Below, piece by piece: positions 27,678 to 37,761 of a stretch of DNA of 64,000 nt (the stretch's first letter is position 1; every line of letters begins with the position of its first letter). The notes beneath the pieces were generated by a model. The model ran no database searches and was not told the origin of the DNA. It saw nothing but the letters and a program-made list of their open reading frames with translations. The DNA comes from Candidatus Aminicenantes bacterium (GTDB lineage Bacteria > Acidobacteriota > Aminicenantia > JAMOAD01), in NCBI GenBank assembly GCA_027067555.1, contig JAMOVU010000191.1:6750-70749 (forward strand). The letters run 5' to 3'. Both the position numbers and the translations under genes were made by a program.

Positions 27678-28733
27678 CTAAGGATTGTTCTTGTTCTTCA
27701 GATAGTCCAAATCTGCTTTTACCATCATCTTTACAAGTTCATGGAAACTTACCTGTGGCTCCCAACCAAGTTTGTTTTTTGCCTTTGTATAATCTCCCCA
27801 GAGAAAACGAACATCCAGAGGTCTGTAATAACGGGGGTTTATTTCCACTAAAACCTTCCCGGAAGCTTTGTCTATTCCTTTCTCATCAACACCTTCTCCT
27901 TTCCATTCAAGCTCTATTCCAACCTCTTTAAAGGCAAGTTCAACAAATTCCCTTACTGAATGGGATTCTCCCGAAGCAATTACAAAATCTTCCGGCTCCT
28001 CCTGCTGAAGCATCATCCACATAGCTCTTACATAATCGCCTGCAAAGCCCCAATCTCTTTTAGCATCAAGGTTTCCCAAATAGAGCTTTTCCTCCAAACC
28101 GAGCTTTATCGCAGCCACTCCCAAAGTTATTTTCCTTGTGACAAAATTTTCCCCTCTTCTCGGGCTTTCATGATTAAAAAGAATTCCATTGCAAGCGAAA
28201 ACCCCATAAGATTCTCTGTAGTTTACAGTTATCCAGTAAGCATAAAGTTTTGCAACTGCATAAGGGCTTGAAGGATGAAAAGGAGTTGTCTCCTTTTGAG
28301 GAAACTCCGTAGTATTTCCGAAAAGTTCGCTTGTTGAAGCCTGATAAAATTTTGTCTTATCCTGTAAGTTAAGCTCCACTATTGTATCAAGAATCCTGAG
28401 TGTACCCACAGCATCTGAATTTGCTGTGTACTCCGGAGCTTCAAAAGATATTCTTACATGACTCTGGGCTGCTAAATTGTATATCTCATCAGGCTGAACT
28501 TTAGCTATGATTTTATATATCGAAGAACTATCTGTCATATCTCCGTAATGTAGAAAAATCTTTTGTCCGTTTTCCCTTGCTCTCCTGACTATTGGATCTA
28601 TTCTGAACCTATTAATAAGGGAACTTGTCCTTCGAACTATTCCGTGAACTTCATATCCCTTTTCAAGCAAAAACTCTGCAAGATAGGAACCATCCTGTCC
28701 TGTTATTCCAGTTATTAAAGCTTTTTTGTTCAT
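27678..28733 (-). CDS. gmd: GDP-mannose 4,6-dehydratase
   Basis: [29 protein letters not shown] and [17 protein letters not shown]. Confidence 0.97.
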   Translation of the reverse strand: MNKKALITGITGQDGSYLAEFLLEKGYEVHGIVRRTSSLINRFRIDPIVRRARENGQKIFLHYGDMTDSSSIYKIIAKVQPDEIYNLAAQSHVRISFEAPEYTANSDAVGTLRILDTIVELNLQDKTKFYQASTSELFGNTTEFPQKETTPFHPSSPYAVAKLYAYWITVNYRESYGVFACNGILFNHESPRRGENFVTRKITLGVAAIKLGLEEKLYLGNLDAKRDWGFAGDYVRAMWMMLQQEEPEDFVIASGESHSVREFVELAFKEVGIELEWKGEGVDEKGIDKASGKVLVEINPRYYRPLDVRFLWGDYTKAKNKLGWEPQVSFHELVKMMVKADLDYLKNKNNP

Positions 28734-28745
28734 CTTTTCCTCCTT

Positions 28746-30146
28746 TTACTCAAGACCAGCGAGGGTCTCCAATATTGCTTCTTTATCCGGTAAAGAAGCA
28801 TTTGAAAATTTTGTGGTAGCTCCTGTAAAAATCAAAAGCTCAGAGCCTATTGTACCGTTTCTATGCTTGGCAATTATAATTTCAGCTATTCCTCCCAGAC
28901 GGGTTTCATTCGGAAAATAAATTTCAGGTCTGTAAACAAACATGACAAGGTCAGCATCCTGCTCTATTGCTCCCGATTCTCTCAAATCAGACAAACGGGG
29001 TCTTCTTGCACCGGGTCTTTGCTCCACAGCTCTTGAAAGCTGAGAGATTGCAATGATTGGTATATTTAACTCTTTTGCAAGCTCCTTTAATCCTCTTGAG
29101 ATTAAACTAACTTCACTTACCCTTGATTCTATGTATTTACCGGCTTTCATAAGCTGAATATAATCCACTATAATCAAATCGCACTTATGAATATCATAAA
29201 GCCTTTTTGCCCTTGCATTAAGCTCCATAATGGAAATTCCACCAGTCTCATCTATAAAGATATTCATGTTTGAAATATTATTGGCAGAATCATATATTCT
29301 CTCTCTTTCTTCGGCTGTTAGAATACCATCCCTTATCTTATTGGAGAAAATTCCCGAATCAAGAGAAACAAGCCTTTTGTATAGTTCTTCTTTACTCATC
29401 TCAAGGGAAAAAATTCCGACGCACCCACCTCTTTTTGCCACATTGTAAGCAACATTCAGGGCAAAAGCTGTTTTCCCCATGCCCGGTCTTCCTGCTACAA
29501 TAATTAGATTCTGCTTTTGAAAACCTCCGGTTCTCTTATCAATATCAATAAAACCAGTTGAAAGCCCAGGATTATAACCTTTCCTCTTTTTCTCAAGTTC
29601 TTCCAAAAAAACATTGTGTATCTGTTCAACTTTCACAAAACCTTTGGAAACACCTCCTTCGGCAAGTTCTAAGAGTTTAACCTGGGCCATATCAAGTATT
29701 TCTTCCGAAGGAGTAACTTCCTCCGTTACTGAAGATATGAGATTGTTTGCCAGATAAAAGAGTTCTCTTTTTAGAGTCTTCTCTTTGAGAATCTTAACAT
29801 AATGCTCTATTGTCTCAAGATGAGGGACACCATCGGGAAGCTCTGACACATAACTTAAGCCTCCGGCAGCATCTATAAGATCTCTGTCTCTTAAATATTC
29901 CACAAGGGCTACTAAATCACACCTATCATGCTCCTGAAAAACCTCCTTAATTGCTTTGTAAATTATCTGATGGGTTTTTAAGTAGAAATCTTTTTTCTCA
30001 AGGTTTAAAAAATCTTCATAAAAGAGTTGATTATTCTTAAGTACAGCTCCTAAAACAGATTTTTCAGTATTTACGCTTGCAGGAAGCTCAGGGACTAAAT
30101 TCTTTTTCTTTCTCTTCTTTCCCGAATCCTCTTGAGACGAGGCCAT
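28746..30146 (-). CDS. dnaB: Replicative DNA helicase
   Basis: GRPGMGKT, FSLEM, DYIQL, SQLSR and DLRESGAIEQDAD. Confidence 0.97.
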   Translation of the reverse strand: MASSQEDSGKKRKKKNLVPELPASVNTEKSVLGAVLKNNQLFYEDFLNLEKKDFYLKTHQIIYKAIKEVFQEHDRCDLVALVEYLRDRDLIDAAGGLSYVSELPDGVPHLETIEHYVKILKEKTLKRELFYLANNLISSVTEEVTPSEEILDMAQVKLLELAEGGVSKGFVKVEQIHNVFLEELEKKRKGYNPGLSTGFIDIDKRTGGFQKQNLIIVAGRPGMGKTAFALNVAYNVAKRGGCVGIFSLEMSKEELYKRLVSLDSGIFSNKIRDGILTAEERERIYDSANNISNMNIFIDETGGISIMELNARAKRLYDIHKCDLIIVDYIQLMKAGKYIESRVSEVSLISRGLKELAKELNIPIIAISQLSRAVEQRPGARRPRLSDLRESGAIEQDADLVMFVYRPEIYFPNETRLGGIAEIIIAKHRNGTIGSELLIFTGATTKFSNASLPDKEAILETLAGLE

Positions 30147-30149
30147 CTT

Positions 30150-30596
30150 TTATTCTTCTTTTTCCACATTAATTTTTAAGAGAGCTTTTACTGAAGGGTG
30201 GATTCTAACCTCAACTTCATACTCTCCTAATTTTTTAATGTGTTCATGCAAAAGAATATTCTTTTTATCCACTTCTATCCCTTCTGCTTTAAGGGCATCC
30301 TCTATATCAGCTGATGTAACTGATCCAAAAAGAGTATCCTCTTCACCCGCTTTTTTCTTTATTGTTATAGAAAGAGATTCGATTCTGTTTTTCAATTCCT
30401 CTACTGTTTTAATTTCTCTTTCCCTCTCTTTCTCGAGTTTTTTCTTTTTCTCCTCAATCATTTTAATATTGCTGTCCGTTACTTTTATAGCAACCCCCTT
30501 GGGGATAAGATAGTTTCTTGCGAAACCATCTTTTACCTTTACAATCTCTCCTTTTTTCCCTACATTCTCTATATCTTCCAAAAGTATAATTCTCAT
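30150..30596 (-). CDS. rplI: 50S ribosomal protein L9
   Basis: VKDGFARNYLIP and LFGSVT. Confidence 0.97.
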   Translation of the reverse strand: MRIILLEDIENVGKKGEIVKVKDGFARNYLIPKGVAIKVTDSNIKMIEEKKKKLEKEREREIKTVEELKNRIESLSITIKKKAGEEDTLFGSVTSADIEDALKAEGIEVDKKNILLHEHIKKLGEYEVEVRIHPSVKALLKINVEKEE

Positions 30597-30606
30597 TCTT
30601 TCCCTC

Positions 30607-30858
30607 CTATTTCACGATAAATGGTAGTAAAGCCATATGTCTTGCTCTTTTAATTGCTATTGTTAGCCTTTTCTGATGATAGTGACATGTACCGGTAAGT
30701 CGCCTTGACATTATCTTTCCATTTTCGTGGATATAATTTTTTAGAAGATTTGGATCTTTGTAATCGATATACCACATATTATGCTTGCAAAACCAACAAA
30801 ATTTCTTCTTTTGGAAATAATTGGGTCTGTTTCCTTTTTTATTTTGATTATTTGCCAT
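30607..30858 (-). CDS. rpsR: 30S ribosomal protein S18 (Zn-binding type)
   Basis: CWFC, IDYKD and [13 protein letters not shown]. Confidence 0.97.
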   Translation of the reverse strand: MANNQNKKGNRPNYFQKKKFCWFCKHNMWYIDYKDPNLLKNYIHENGKIMSRRLTGTCHYHQKRLTIAIKRARHMALLPFIVK

Positions 30859-30869
30859 TTTTCTCCTCC

Positions 30870-31229
30870 TTAAAGATCTGATGCTGATGGTTTTTCAGGT
30901 TTTTTAGCTCTTTTCTTTTCTAATTTTTCAGGTTTTTTCAGCTCTCTGTCAAGTTTAATAATAAGCCATCTTAAAATAGCCTCTGTGTGTCTTATTCTGG
31001 TTTCAAGCTCCAATGGAATGTTTGGCGGAGCTGTGAAATTAAGAAGAACATAGTAACCTTCGGTGAACTTTTGAATTTCATAGGCAAGGGTTCTTTTTCC
31101 CCAATCTTCTTCTCTCGTGATTTCTCCGCCACCTTCAACAATGATGTTTTTGATAATATCAACTGTTTTTTTCCTTTCCTCTTCTGAGAGGTTGGGTTTG
31201 AGAATAAACATTAACTCATAATTTTTCAT
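30870..31229 (-). CDS. rpsF: 30S ribosomal protein S6
   Basis: YELMFIL and [16 protein letters not shown]. Confidence 0.97.
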   Translation of the reverse strand: MKNYELMFILKPNLSEEERKKTVDIIKNIIVEGGGEITREEDWGKRTLAYEIQKFTEGYYVLLNFTAPPNIPLELETRIRHTEAILRWLIIKLDRELKKPEKLEKKRAKKPEKPSASDL

Positions 31230-31248
31230 TTAATCCTCCTTATGGTTT

Positions 31249-31839
31249 TTAGCCTACCGATTCATCGGCAAGCAAGGGTTTTCTTTTATTAAATTTTGTC
31301 ATAGTTTTTTCAATACCAAGACTTAAAAGACTAATTATAATTTCTGGTATTGTATCAATCGTCTTTTTAATTATTTCAAATTCCTTTTCAGGGAATGCAG
31401 ACAGCACAAAATCCGCAAGATTATAGTATTTTTCTCCATTATTTATTCCTACGCGCAAGCGAGGGAATTTTTCTGTCCTTAGCTCTTCTATTATTGAAAT
31501 CATCCCTTTATGTGTGCCTGCGCCCCCTTCTTTTCGCAATCTGAGAGTTCCCAGAGGAAGGTCTATATCATCATATACTATTAAAATCTCCTCTGGTGTT
31601 GCTTTTTTTTCATTCACCCACTTTTTTACGGATTTCCCCGATAAATTCATAAAGGTCATTGGTTTGATTAGGTAGTGCCTCTTGCCTTTAAAATTAAATT
31701 CTCCATAAACACTGCTGTTTTTACTTTTTCCTACTTTAACATTGAAATTTTCTGCTAATCTATCTATACTCATAAATCCCACATTATGCCTCGTCCTGCA
31801 ATACTCTTCGCCCGGATTTCCAAGACCAAAGATAAGCAC
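31249..31839 (-). CDS. pth: Peptidyl-tRNA hydrolase
   Basis: GLGNPG..Y..TRHNVGF, KPMTFMNLSG and GGAGTHKG. Confidence 0.96.
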   Translation of the reverse strand: MLIFGLGNPGEEYCRTRHNVGFMSIDRLAENFNVKVGKSKNSSVYGEFNFKGKRHYLIKPMTFMNLSGKSVKKWVNEKKATPEEILIVYDDIDLPLGTLRLRKEGGAGTHKGMISIIEELRTEKFPRLRVGINNGEKYYNLADFVLSAFPEKEFEIIKKTIDTIPEIIISLLSLGIEKTMTKFNKRKPLLADESVG

Positions 31840-31845
31840 AGTTTT

Positions 31846-32499
31846 TTATTCTTCCTCAGGTTCACTTTTACCTTTTTCTTCCACTTCAGGTTCTGCTTTT
31901 TCTTCTCCCTCAACTTCTTCTTCGACTTCTTCTTCTTCCTCTTCAACTCCAGTTGTGACTGTTGCAATAACAACAGATTCATCTGTAAGTAGGGTGTATT
32001 TCTCATCAAGATCAAGATCCGAAACTTTAAGAGACTGACCTGCATGGAGTTCGCTGACATCAACCACTATCTCTTCTATGATATCCTTTGGTAAACACAT
32101 AAGTTCAATTTCTCTTGTGATAAAATCAAGAAAACCTCCTTCCTGTTTAACTCCTATAGGAGTACCTTTCAAGTGAACAGGAACAGTGATTTCAACCGGT
32201 CTGTTAAGATCAACTCTTTTGAAATCAACATGTATGATATCTCTTCCAAGATAATCATATTGAAGCTCATAAATCATGGCATCTTCTGTTTTCTTTCCGT
32301 ACTTGAGTTTCAGCGTTGTGTTTATTCCCATTTTGGCTTTTAGAATGGCTTTAACATCATCAAGGCTAACAGTAAGAGCTACGCTTTCTTTGTTTTCTCC
32401 ATAAATAACAGCTGGCAATTTGCCTTCAGCTCTAAGCTTTTTAGCTAACTCTTTTCCCTTTTTTTCTCTTAATTCAGCTTTAATTTCCAAGTGTTCCAT
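31846..32499 (-). CDS. rplY: 50S ribosomal protein L25/Ctc
   Basis: LR..GKLPAVIYG, IIHVDF and an acidic tail. Confidence 0.95.
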   Translation of the reverse strand: MEHLEIKAELREKKGKELAKKLRAEGKLPAVIYGENKESVALTVSLDDVKAILKAKMGINTTLKLKYGKKTEDAMIYELQYDYLGRDIIHVDFKRVDLNRPVEITVPVHLKGTPIGVKQEGGFLDFITREIELMCLPKDIIEEIVVDVSELHAGQSLKVSDLDLDEKYTLLTDESVVIATVTTGVEEEEEEVEEEVEGEEKAEPEVEEKGKSEPEEE

Positions 32500-32511
32500 T
32501 TTTTCACTCCT

Positions 32512-33459
32512 TTATAAAAATAGTCTGCTAACTGAGGTTTCCTCATGTATGCTTCTTATAGCTTCTCCCAAAAGGGGAGCTGTTGATAAAACCTCTATTT
32601 TTTTACATTTTTTTGTTTCTTCGGACAAAGGTATTGTATCTGTAACTATTAATTTTTCAAGGTTTGAATTTCTTATTCTTTCAAGAGCAGGACCTGAAAG
32701 AACTGCATGTGTGGCGGCAGCATAAACCTTTGTAGCTCCTTTTTTAATTAATGCCTCAACAGTATTGGTTAAAGTTCCGGCTGTATCAACGATATCATCA
32801 ACAATAACCGCAATTTTGTCCTTTACTTTCCCTATTATATGTCTTAACTCAGCTTTGTTAGGCTCATACCTTCTTTTATCCACTATTGCAAGGTATGCAT
32901 TTAACTCCTCCGCAAACATTCTTGCTCTTTCCACCCCTCCGGCATCCGGGGAAACAACCACAATATTTTCTTCCGGCATTATCTTTTTAAAATGCTCCAC
33001 AAGAATCGGAAGAGCCATAAGATTATCAACAGGGATATTAAAGAAGCCCTGAATTTGAGGGGCATGAAGGTCTATTGTAAGAACTCTGTTAAACCCACTT
33101 GCTGTAATAATATCTGCTACCAATCTGCTGGAAATGGGAACCCTTGGTCTGTCTTTTCTGTCCTGCCTTGCATATCCATAATACGGAATAACAGCTGTTA
33201 TTCTTCCTGCAGAAGCTCTCCTTGCAGCATCTCCCATTATGAGAAGCTCCATAATGTGAAAGTTTACATCATTGGAAAGTGATTGAAAGATGAAGATATC
33301 AGCCCCCCTAATATTTTCAAGCATCTGATATCTTATCTCTCCGTCTGAAAAGGTTTTCAAGATTTGGTTTCCCAATGGTAGTTCAAGGTACTCTGCAAGT
33401 TTCTCCGCCAATTCAGGGTTGGATGAACCTGCAAAAATTTTAATCTTTTCAAAAAGCAC
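32512..33459 (-). CDS. prs: Ribose-phosphate pyrophosphokinase
   Basis: FSDGE, PYYGYARQDRK, SPDAGG and VDDIVDTAGT. True start is likely GTG 33459 with GAGGAG SD; the longer ORF runs through a tRNA. Confidence 0.96.
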   Translation of the reverse strand: MLFEKIKIFAGSSNPELAEKLAEYLELPLGNQILKTFSDGEIRYQMLENIRGADIFIFQSLSNDVNFHIMELLIMGDAARRASAGRITAVIPYYGYARQDRKDRPRVPISSRLVADIITASGFNRVLTIDLHAPQIQGFFNIPVDNLMALPILVEHFKKIMPEENIVVVSPDAGGVERARMFAEELNAYLAIVDKRRYEPNKAELRHIIGKVKDKIAVIVDDIVDTAGTLTNTVEALIKKGATKVYAAATHAVLSGPALERIRNSNLEKLIVTDTIPLSEETKKCKKIEVLSTAPLLGEAIRSIHEETSVSRLFL

Positions 33460-33463
33460 TTTA

Positions 33464-34366
33464 CTACTCTCCTCTATTTTTTGTACTGGGGCGGGAGGAT
33501 TCGAACCCCCGAATGTCAGGACCAAAACCTGATGCCTTACCGCTTGGCGACGCCCCAAAATTAGAGAAATAATTTTCTCTATTTATGGCCTCAAATAAAT
33601 ATAAACCTTCTTTCTGCGGAATATTTGATCTTTTTTTAAATCCTGCAAAAAAACTTGCTCCGCTTCCACTCATTAATACAAAATCGCTTAAATTAAGCAT
33701 CTCTTTTTTTACCTCTTTTAATTCAGGGTAGAGTTTTAAAGCTACCTCTTCCAATCTATTAATAAATCTATTAAAATTTCCTCCTAAAAAATGAGCATAT
33801 ATTTTACTTTTATCTCCATATTCTGTCAAGTTTTCGTAAGCAGCCTTTGTGGAAACATTAATTTTCGGAATTTTAAGGAGAAAATATTTATGAGGAGTGG
33901 GTGAAACAGGAATAACAATTTCTCCTCTACCCATTACTAAAGCGGATCCGCCAAACAGAAAAAATGGAACATCGGAGCCTATTTTGCAAGCGATTCTCCA
34001 TAGTTTTTCAAAAGGTATTTTCAAATCTAAAAAATTATTCAATAATAAAAGCACAGCTGCTGCATTAGAGCTCCCCCCTCCAAGCCCGCTACCGGGAGGG
34101 ATTTTTTTTTCAATAAAAATTCGGATTCCTTCTCTAATTCCAAGAGCATTAACAGCTCTAACCACAGTATTTTTATTATCTATCTTTATATTTTTATCTG
34201 AAAACTCTATCTTAACTTTTCCTCTCTTTCTCTCAATTACAATTTTATCTGCAATTGAAATTGTTTGAAATAATGAAAAAATCTCATGATAGCCATCTTC
34301 TCTCTTTCCTGTTATTTCAAGAAAAAGATTTAATTTTCCATAGGAATTGGCCTCAATTTTCTCCAT
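33464..34366 (-). CDS. ispE: 4-diphosphocytidyl-2-C-methyl-D-erythritol kinase (frame continues through tRNA-Gln)
   Basis: KLNLFLEI..KREDGYHEI, IPPGSGLGGGSSNAA, IGSDVPFF and MSGSG. Confidence 0.95.
   Translation of the reverse strand: MEKIEANSYGKLNLFLEITGKREDGYHEIFSLFQTISIADKIVIERKRGKVKIEFSDKNIKIDNKNTVVRAVNALGIREGIRIFIEKKIPPGSGLGGGSSNAAAVLLLLNNFLDLKIPFEKLWRIACKIGSDVPFFLFGGSALVMGRGEIVIPVSPTPHKYFLLKIPKINVSTKAAYENLTEYGDKSKIYAHFLGGNFNRFINRLEEVALKLYPELKEVKKEMLNLSDFVLMSGSGASFFAGFKKRSNIPQKEGLYLFEAINRENYFSNFGASPSGKASGFGPDIRGFESSRPSTKNRGE
33486..33557 (-). tRNA. tRNA-Gln (anticodon TTG), CCA not encoded
   Basis: TGGGGCGTCGCCAAGCGGTAAGGCATCAGGTTTTGGTCCTGACATTCGGGGGTTCGAATCCTCCCGCCCCAG folds as a cloverleaf. 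Confidence 0.95.
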
Positions 34367-36692
34367 TAAAACACTCCTTTATGTTAAAGACTTCTTTATA
34401 ATTATCCAGCTTTGGTTGTTTGTATGATTTCGGTTGATTAACTTTAAATTTTAAAAGCTTTATCTTTAACAAAAAATCTCCTTTTTTTACCTCTATTTTT
34501 TTTGGAAACCCTTGATTATAAGAATCTATCTTTATATATTTATTTTCATATTCCAGATTATAATCATAATTTATTCCAAGATAGTAAAGAAACTCTTTTT
34601 CAGTGGTTTTTAAGCCTATTAAGAAATTCATTATTTCTTTAAATGTTCCTATATAAAATAATTTTTTTCTCTTATTTAATAAAACATAATTATCGTCACT
34701 TTTATAAAGCTCTGCAAATTCTGTCATAGGAAATCGGTAAAGCTTTAAAATAAATTTTTTATCCCTTTCATAATAAAGCTTTATTCTAAAAGGTGAGATT
34801 TTTTTGTTAACATAAATTTTTGCGGAATAAAGAGCTTGGAAAGAGTTTACTTTTTTTACAAAAGTTTTAAGTTTTCTAAGCTTAGAAAAAACATAAGCTT
34901 GTCTTTTTATAATTTTTTTATACGGACAAGAGGTCTTGCTTAAAACACTTTCATAAGTGATTTTTGCTTTTCTAAAATTCTGGATTTTAAAGTATAAATC
35001 CGCAAGATGAATCTTGATTTCCACATCCTCTGAAAGCACTTCCAATGCCTTTTTAAAGTATTTTTCTGCCTTTTTAAAATCTCCTTTTTTGTAGAAAAAA
35101 TATCCGACTGTATCCTGTATGGCTGGTGATTCTGATTTTTTCAAAATTTCAATATACTCTTTAATACCCTTTATTTTTGCATTCTTAGTGAGAGCATAGT
35201 AGACATAATAATTTATGTAATTTTTGTTTTCCGGTTCTTCCTCAATAGCTCTTTTAAAAAAAGCAAGTGCTTTTGTGGTTTTGTTTTTCTCTTCATAGTA
35301 TCTTCCATAAAGAAAAAATCTATAACTGTTTTTCAGGATTTTTTGGGGGAGGGAGGAAATTAATTTTTTCATGCATTCTGTTTTATTGAACTCAAGAAGA
35401 GTTTTAAAAACAAATGGAATTAATGTTCTTTTCTGAATTATGAAGTTTTTTAATTTATTTAAATTACAATCTGTTTTTATTATGAAAAGAAGTTTGAACT
35501 TTTCAGAGTGATTTTTAAGAGAATTTATTATTTCCTGATTTTCTACCAAGAGAGCTGCTTTAAAAATTTTAAATTTTAAGCTATCTGAAAACTTTGAAAA
35601 ATTCTTCTTTTCATTTAAAAGCTCTTTTAACTTTTCTTTATTCTGAGTTTCGAGAAAGTATGACAAATCAACATCAAAAGAAAAAATTTTGAGAAAGTCG
35701 GGATTTATAAAAGAGGGAAGCTCTCTTCGATGCAAATAAAAATGGGAAGCTCTATAACAACCAAACACAAAATAATATCTTGCCAAGAGGTAATGAGTAA
35801 AAGGCAGATCTTCGCTTTTACTTAAACTCTCCTTTAAAAGAGGTAAAAGTTTTCTAAATTTCTTACTATAAAAAAGGGAAAAGAGGTAAAATCTCTTAAT
35901 TCCCATTGATTTTTCAATTAATTTATTATTTTCAATAAATTTTGCAATTTTTTCATACTCTCCCATTTTAAACCATAGGCGTAGACCCTCTTCTATTAGA
36001 TCAAGCTTTCCCAAAGGTATTGTACTTTCTATGATTGGAATATAAAGATTCTCATCTTTTAAAAGTTCTCCCTTTTTCTTGTTAATAGCATTATCCAAAA
36101 TGTATTTTGCAACTCTTTCCTTAATTTCATTGCTATTTATCTTTTTAAAATTTGATAGCAACCAATCATAGTCTTTTAACTTTAATTTCAGGAGAGTGAT
36201 TTCATCAAAGATGGCCTTAATTTTTGTATTTAGGGAATAAGCTTTGGATAATATTTTAATGGCTCTTTCATATTTTCCCGAATACTTTAATGCTTCGCCA
36301 TAAAAATAAGTTGAAAGAAAATCATCGGGGACTTTTTCCAGATAAAGAGAAAAATACTTTTTAGCATTTTCAAGATCCTCTCCTCTCCCCTCTTTCATAA
36401 ATTTAAAAAAGTAAACCTTCCCCATATCTTTTAATAATCGCTTGTTGCTTCCATTTATTTTTTCTGCTTTTTTAAAATAATTTATGGCTTTTTCATAATC
36501 GATTGTTTCAAGCTCTCCTAATTTAACATAGTAAAAAAAATCCTTGTTTTCTGTTTTTAAAAGAACTTCCCTTGCTTTTTCCACCTCTCCAATGTTTTCC
36601 AGAAAAGTTGCCCAACCATAATTAAAATAAAGATTCAAGTTTTTTACAGGATTTAGAAGTAGCAAAAGATTAAAAAAAAGTACAATTCTCAT
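34353..36692 (-). CDS. Exported TPR protein with a C-terminal LolB/DUF4292-like beta-rich domain
   Basis: Signal-like N-terminus, TPR motifs (INYYVY, IQDTVGYFFYKKG, IHLADLY) and a beta-rich tail, at the syntenic TPR-lolB position before ispE. Confidence 0.65.
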   Translation of the reverse strand: MRIVLFFNLLLLLNPVKNLNLYFNYGWATFLENIGEVEKAREVLLKTENKDFFYYVKLGELETIDYEKAINYFKKAEKINGSNKRLLKDMGKVYFFKFMKEGRGEDLENAKKYFSLYLEKVPDDFLSTYFYGEALKYSGKYERAIKILSKAYSLNTKIKAIFDEITLLKLKLKDYDWLLSNFKKINSNEIKERVAKYILDNAINKKKGELLKDENLYIPIIESTIPLGKLDLIEEGLRLWFKMGEYEKIAKFIENNKLIEKSMGIKRFYLFSLFYSKKFRKLLPLLKESLSKSEDLPFTHYLLARYYFVFGCYRASHFYLHRRELPSFINPDFLKIFSFDVDLSYFLETQNKEKLKELLNEKKNFSKFSDSLKFKIFKAALLVENQEIINSLKNHSEKFKLLFIIKTDCNLNKLKNFIIQKRTLIPFVFKTLLEFNKTECMKKLISSLPQKILKNSYRFFLYGRYYEEKNKTTKALAFFKRAIEEEPENKNYINYYVYYALTKNAKIKGIKEYIEILKKSESPAIQDTVGYFFYKKGDFKKAEKYFKKALEVLSEDVEIKIHLADLYFKIQNFRKAKITYESVLSKTSCPYKKIIKRQAYVFSKLRKLKTFVKKVNSFQALYSAKIYVNKKISPFRIKLYYERDKKFILKLYRFPMTEFAELYKSDDNYVLLNKRKKLFYIGTFKEIMNFLIGLKTTEKEFLYYLGINYDYNLEYENKYIKIDSYNQGFPKKIEVKKGDFLLKIKLLKFKVNQPKSYKQPKLDNYKEVFNIKECFNGEN

Positions 36693-36698
36693 AATGGG

Positions 36699-36707
36699 AT
36701 TTTATCA
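36699..36707 (-). promoter_or_regulatory. Extended -10 promoter, likely leaderless
   Basis: TGA-TAAAAT, 6 nt before ATG 36692. Confidence 0.5.
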
Positions 36708-36738
36708 TAAATATGAAGGTTATTCACACCAATGCTTT

Positions 36739-37761
36739 TTATTTTTGTATTTTAGAAAGAATCAGGTCTACCTTTTTTAGAATGTCGATTGGCTTAATTT
36801 TAGTCATACAAATTGGGTTGGAACATTTTCTCTTAAAACAACCGGAACATTTCAGTTTATAGAAAACAACTTCCGAAATCGGGTTTACAGGACCGTTTCT
36901 TGAAGGAAGAGTGGGACCAAAAAAACTTACTGTTGGAGTTTTTACAGCTTCCGCAATATGAAGGGGAAGAGTATCTCCGCTAACTAAAAGCAAGGAACTT
37001 TTAATTAAAGGAAATAATTCTTTAATGGTAAAGGGAGGAGCAAGAAGAGCACCGGATTCCAAAGCCACTTTTGCAGCATCTTTTTTCTCAAAATCATTTC
37101 CCCACAATACAAGGGGAATAAAATTTCTATCAATAATACCTTTTGCTATATCTATCCACTTTTTCACACCAAGCCTTTTAGTTTCCCATCCTCCTCCCAC
37201 ATTGAGAATAATTACTTTTTTAGTATTTATGTTTTTTAACTTCTCTTTAACACCATTTTCTAATTTTTTTGTGAAATTGAAAGATGGAAAAGAGATGGTA
37301 GTTGTTTTTATATTAATGGAGGAGAGAAGATGTATATTTTTACTTATAATATGCTCTGTTTCTTCAAAATAAGGGACCGTTTCTTTGTAAAAAAAACGAG
37401 ATGTTTTTTCTCTTAGATTTTTGTTTGAAAATCCAATTTTTCTTTTTGAATTAATTAAAGAGGTTACCACAGCGGATTTCATGGTCCCCTGAAAATCAAA
37501 AAGAATATCAGCTTTTATGCTCTTCAGTTTTCTGATTTTTGAGATATTTTTTACTATTTTCTTACCTCTTCTTAAATCTTTTGTGTCAATTGTGTAGATT
37601 TTGTCAATTCCATCCACCATTTCAAGAATTTCCTTTCCATTCTTTTCCACTATCCAGGTAATTTCTGATGAGGGGAATTTTTCCCTTAATAATTTAAAAG
37701 CGGGAAGAGTGTGGATTATATCTCCCAGAGAGCTGAGCTTCACAATTACTATTTTATCCAT
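36739..37761 (-). CDS. waaC: LPS heptosyltransferase (GT9, WaaC-like)
   Basis: KLSSLGDIIHTLP, DFQG.MKS, GDTLPLHIA and FFGPT. Confidence 0.8.
   Translation of the reverse strand: MDKIVIVKLSSLGDIIHTLPAFKLLREKFPSSEITWIVEKNGKEILEMVDGIDKIYTIDTKDLRRGKKIVKNISKIRKLKSIKADILFDFQGTMKSAVVTSLINSKRKIGFSNKNLREKTSRFFYKETVPYFEETEHIISKNIHLLSSINIKTTTISFPSFNFTKKLENGVKEKLKNINTKKVIILNVGGGWETKRLGVKKWIDIAKGIIDRNFIPLVLWGNDFEKKDAAKVALESGALLAPPFTIKELFPLIKSSLLLVSGDTLPLHIAEAVKTPTVSFFGPTLPSRNGPVNPISEVVFYKLKCSGCFKRKCSNPICMTKIKPIDILKKVDLILSKIQK

Noticed and set aside
30607..31229. ssb missing between rpsF and rpsR
   Set aside because: This arrangement is common in many lineages and not informative.
31742..32063. Overlapping short ORFs around the rplY 3' end
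   Set aside because: They are alternative-frame or antisense products of the low-complexity Glu-rich tail.
33460..33558. 33-aa N-terminal extension of prs
   Set aside because: It is the tRNA-Gln gene read in another frame; the SD-supported start is GTG 33459.
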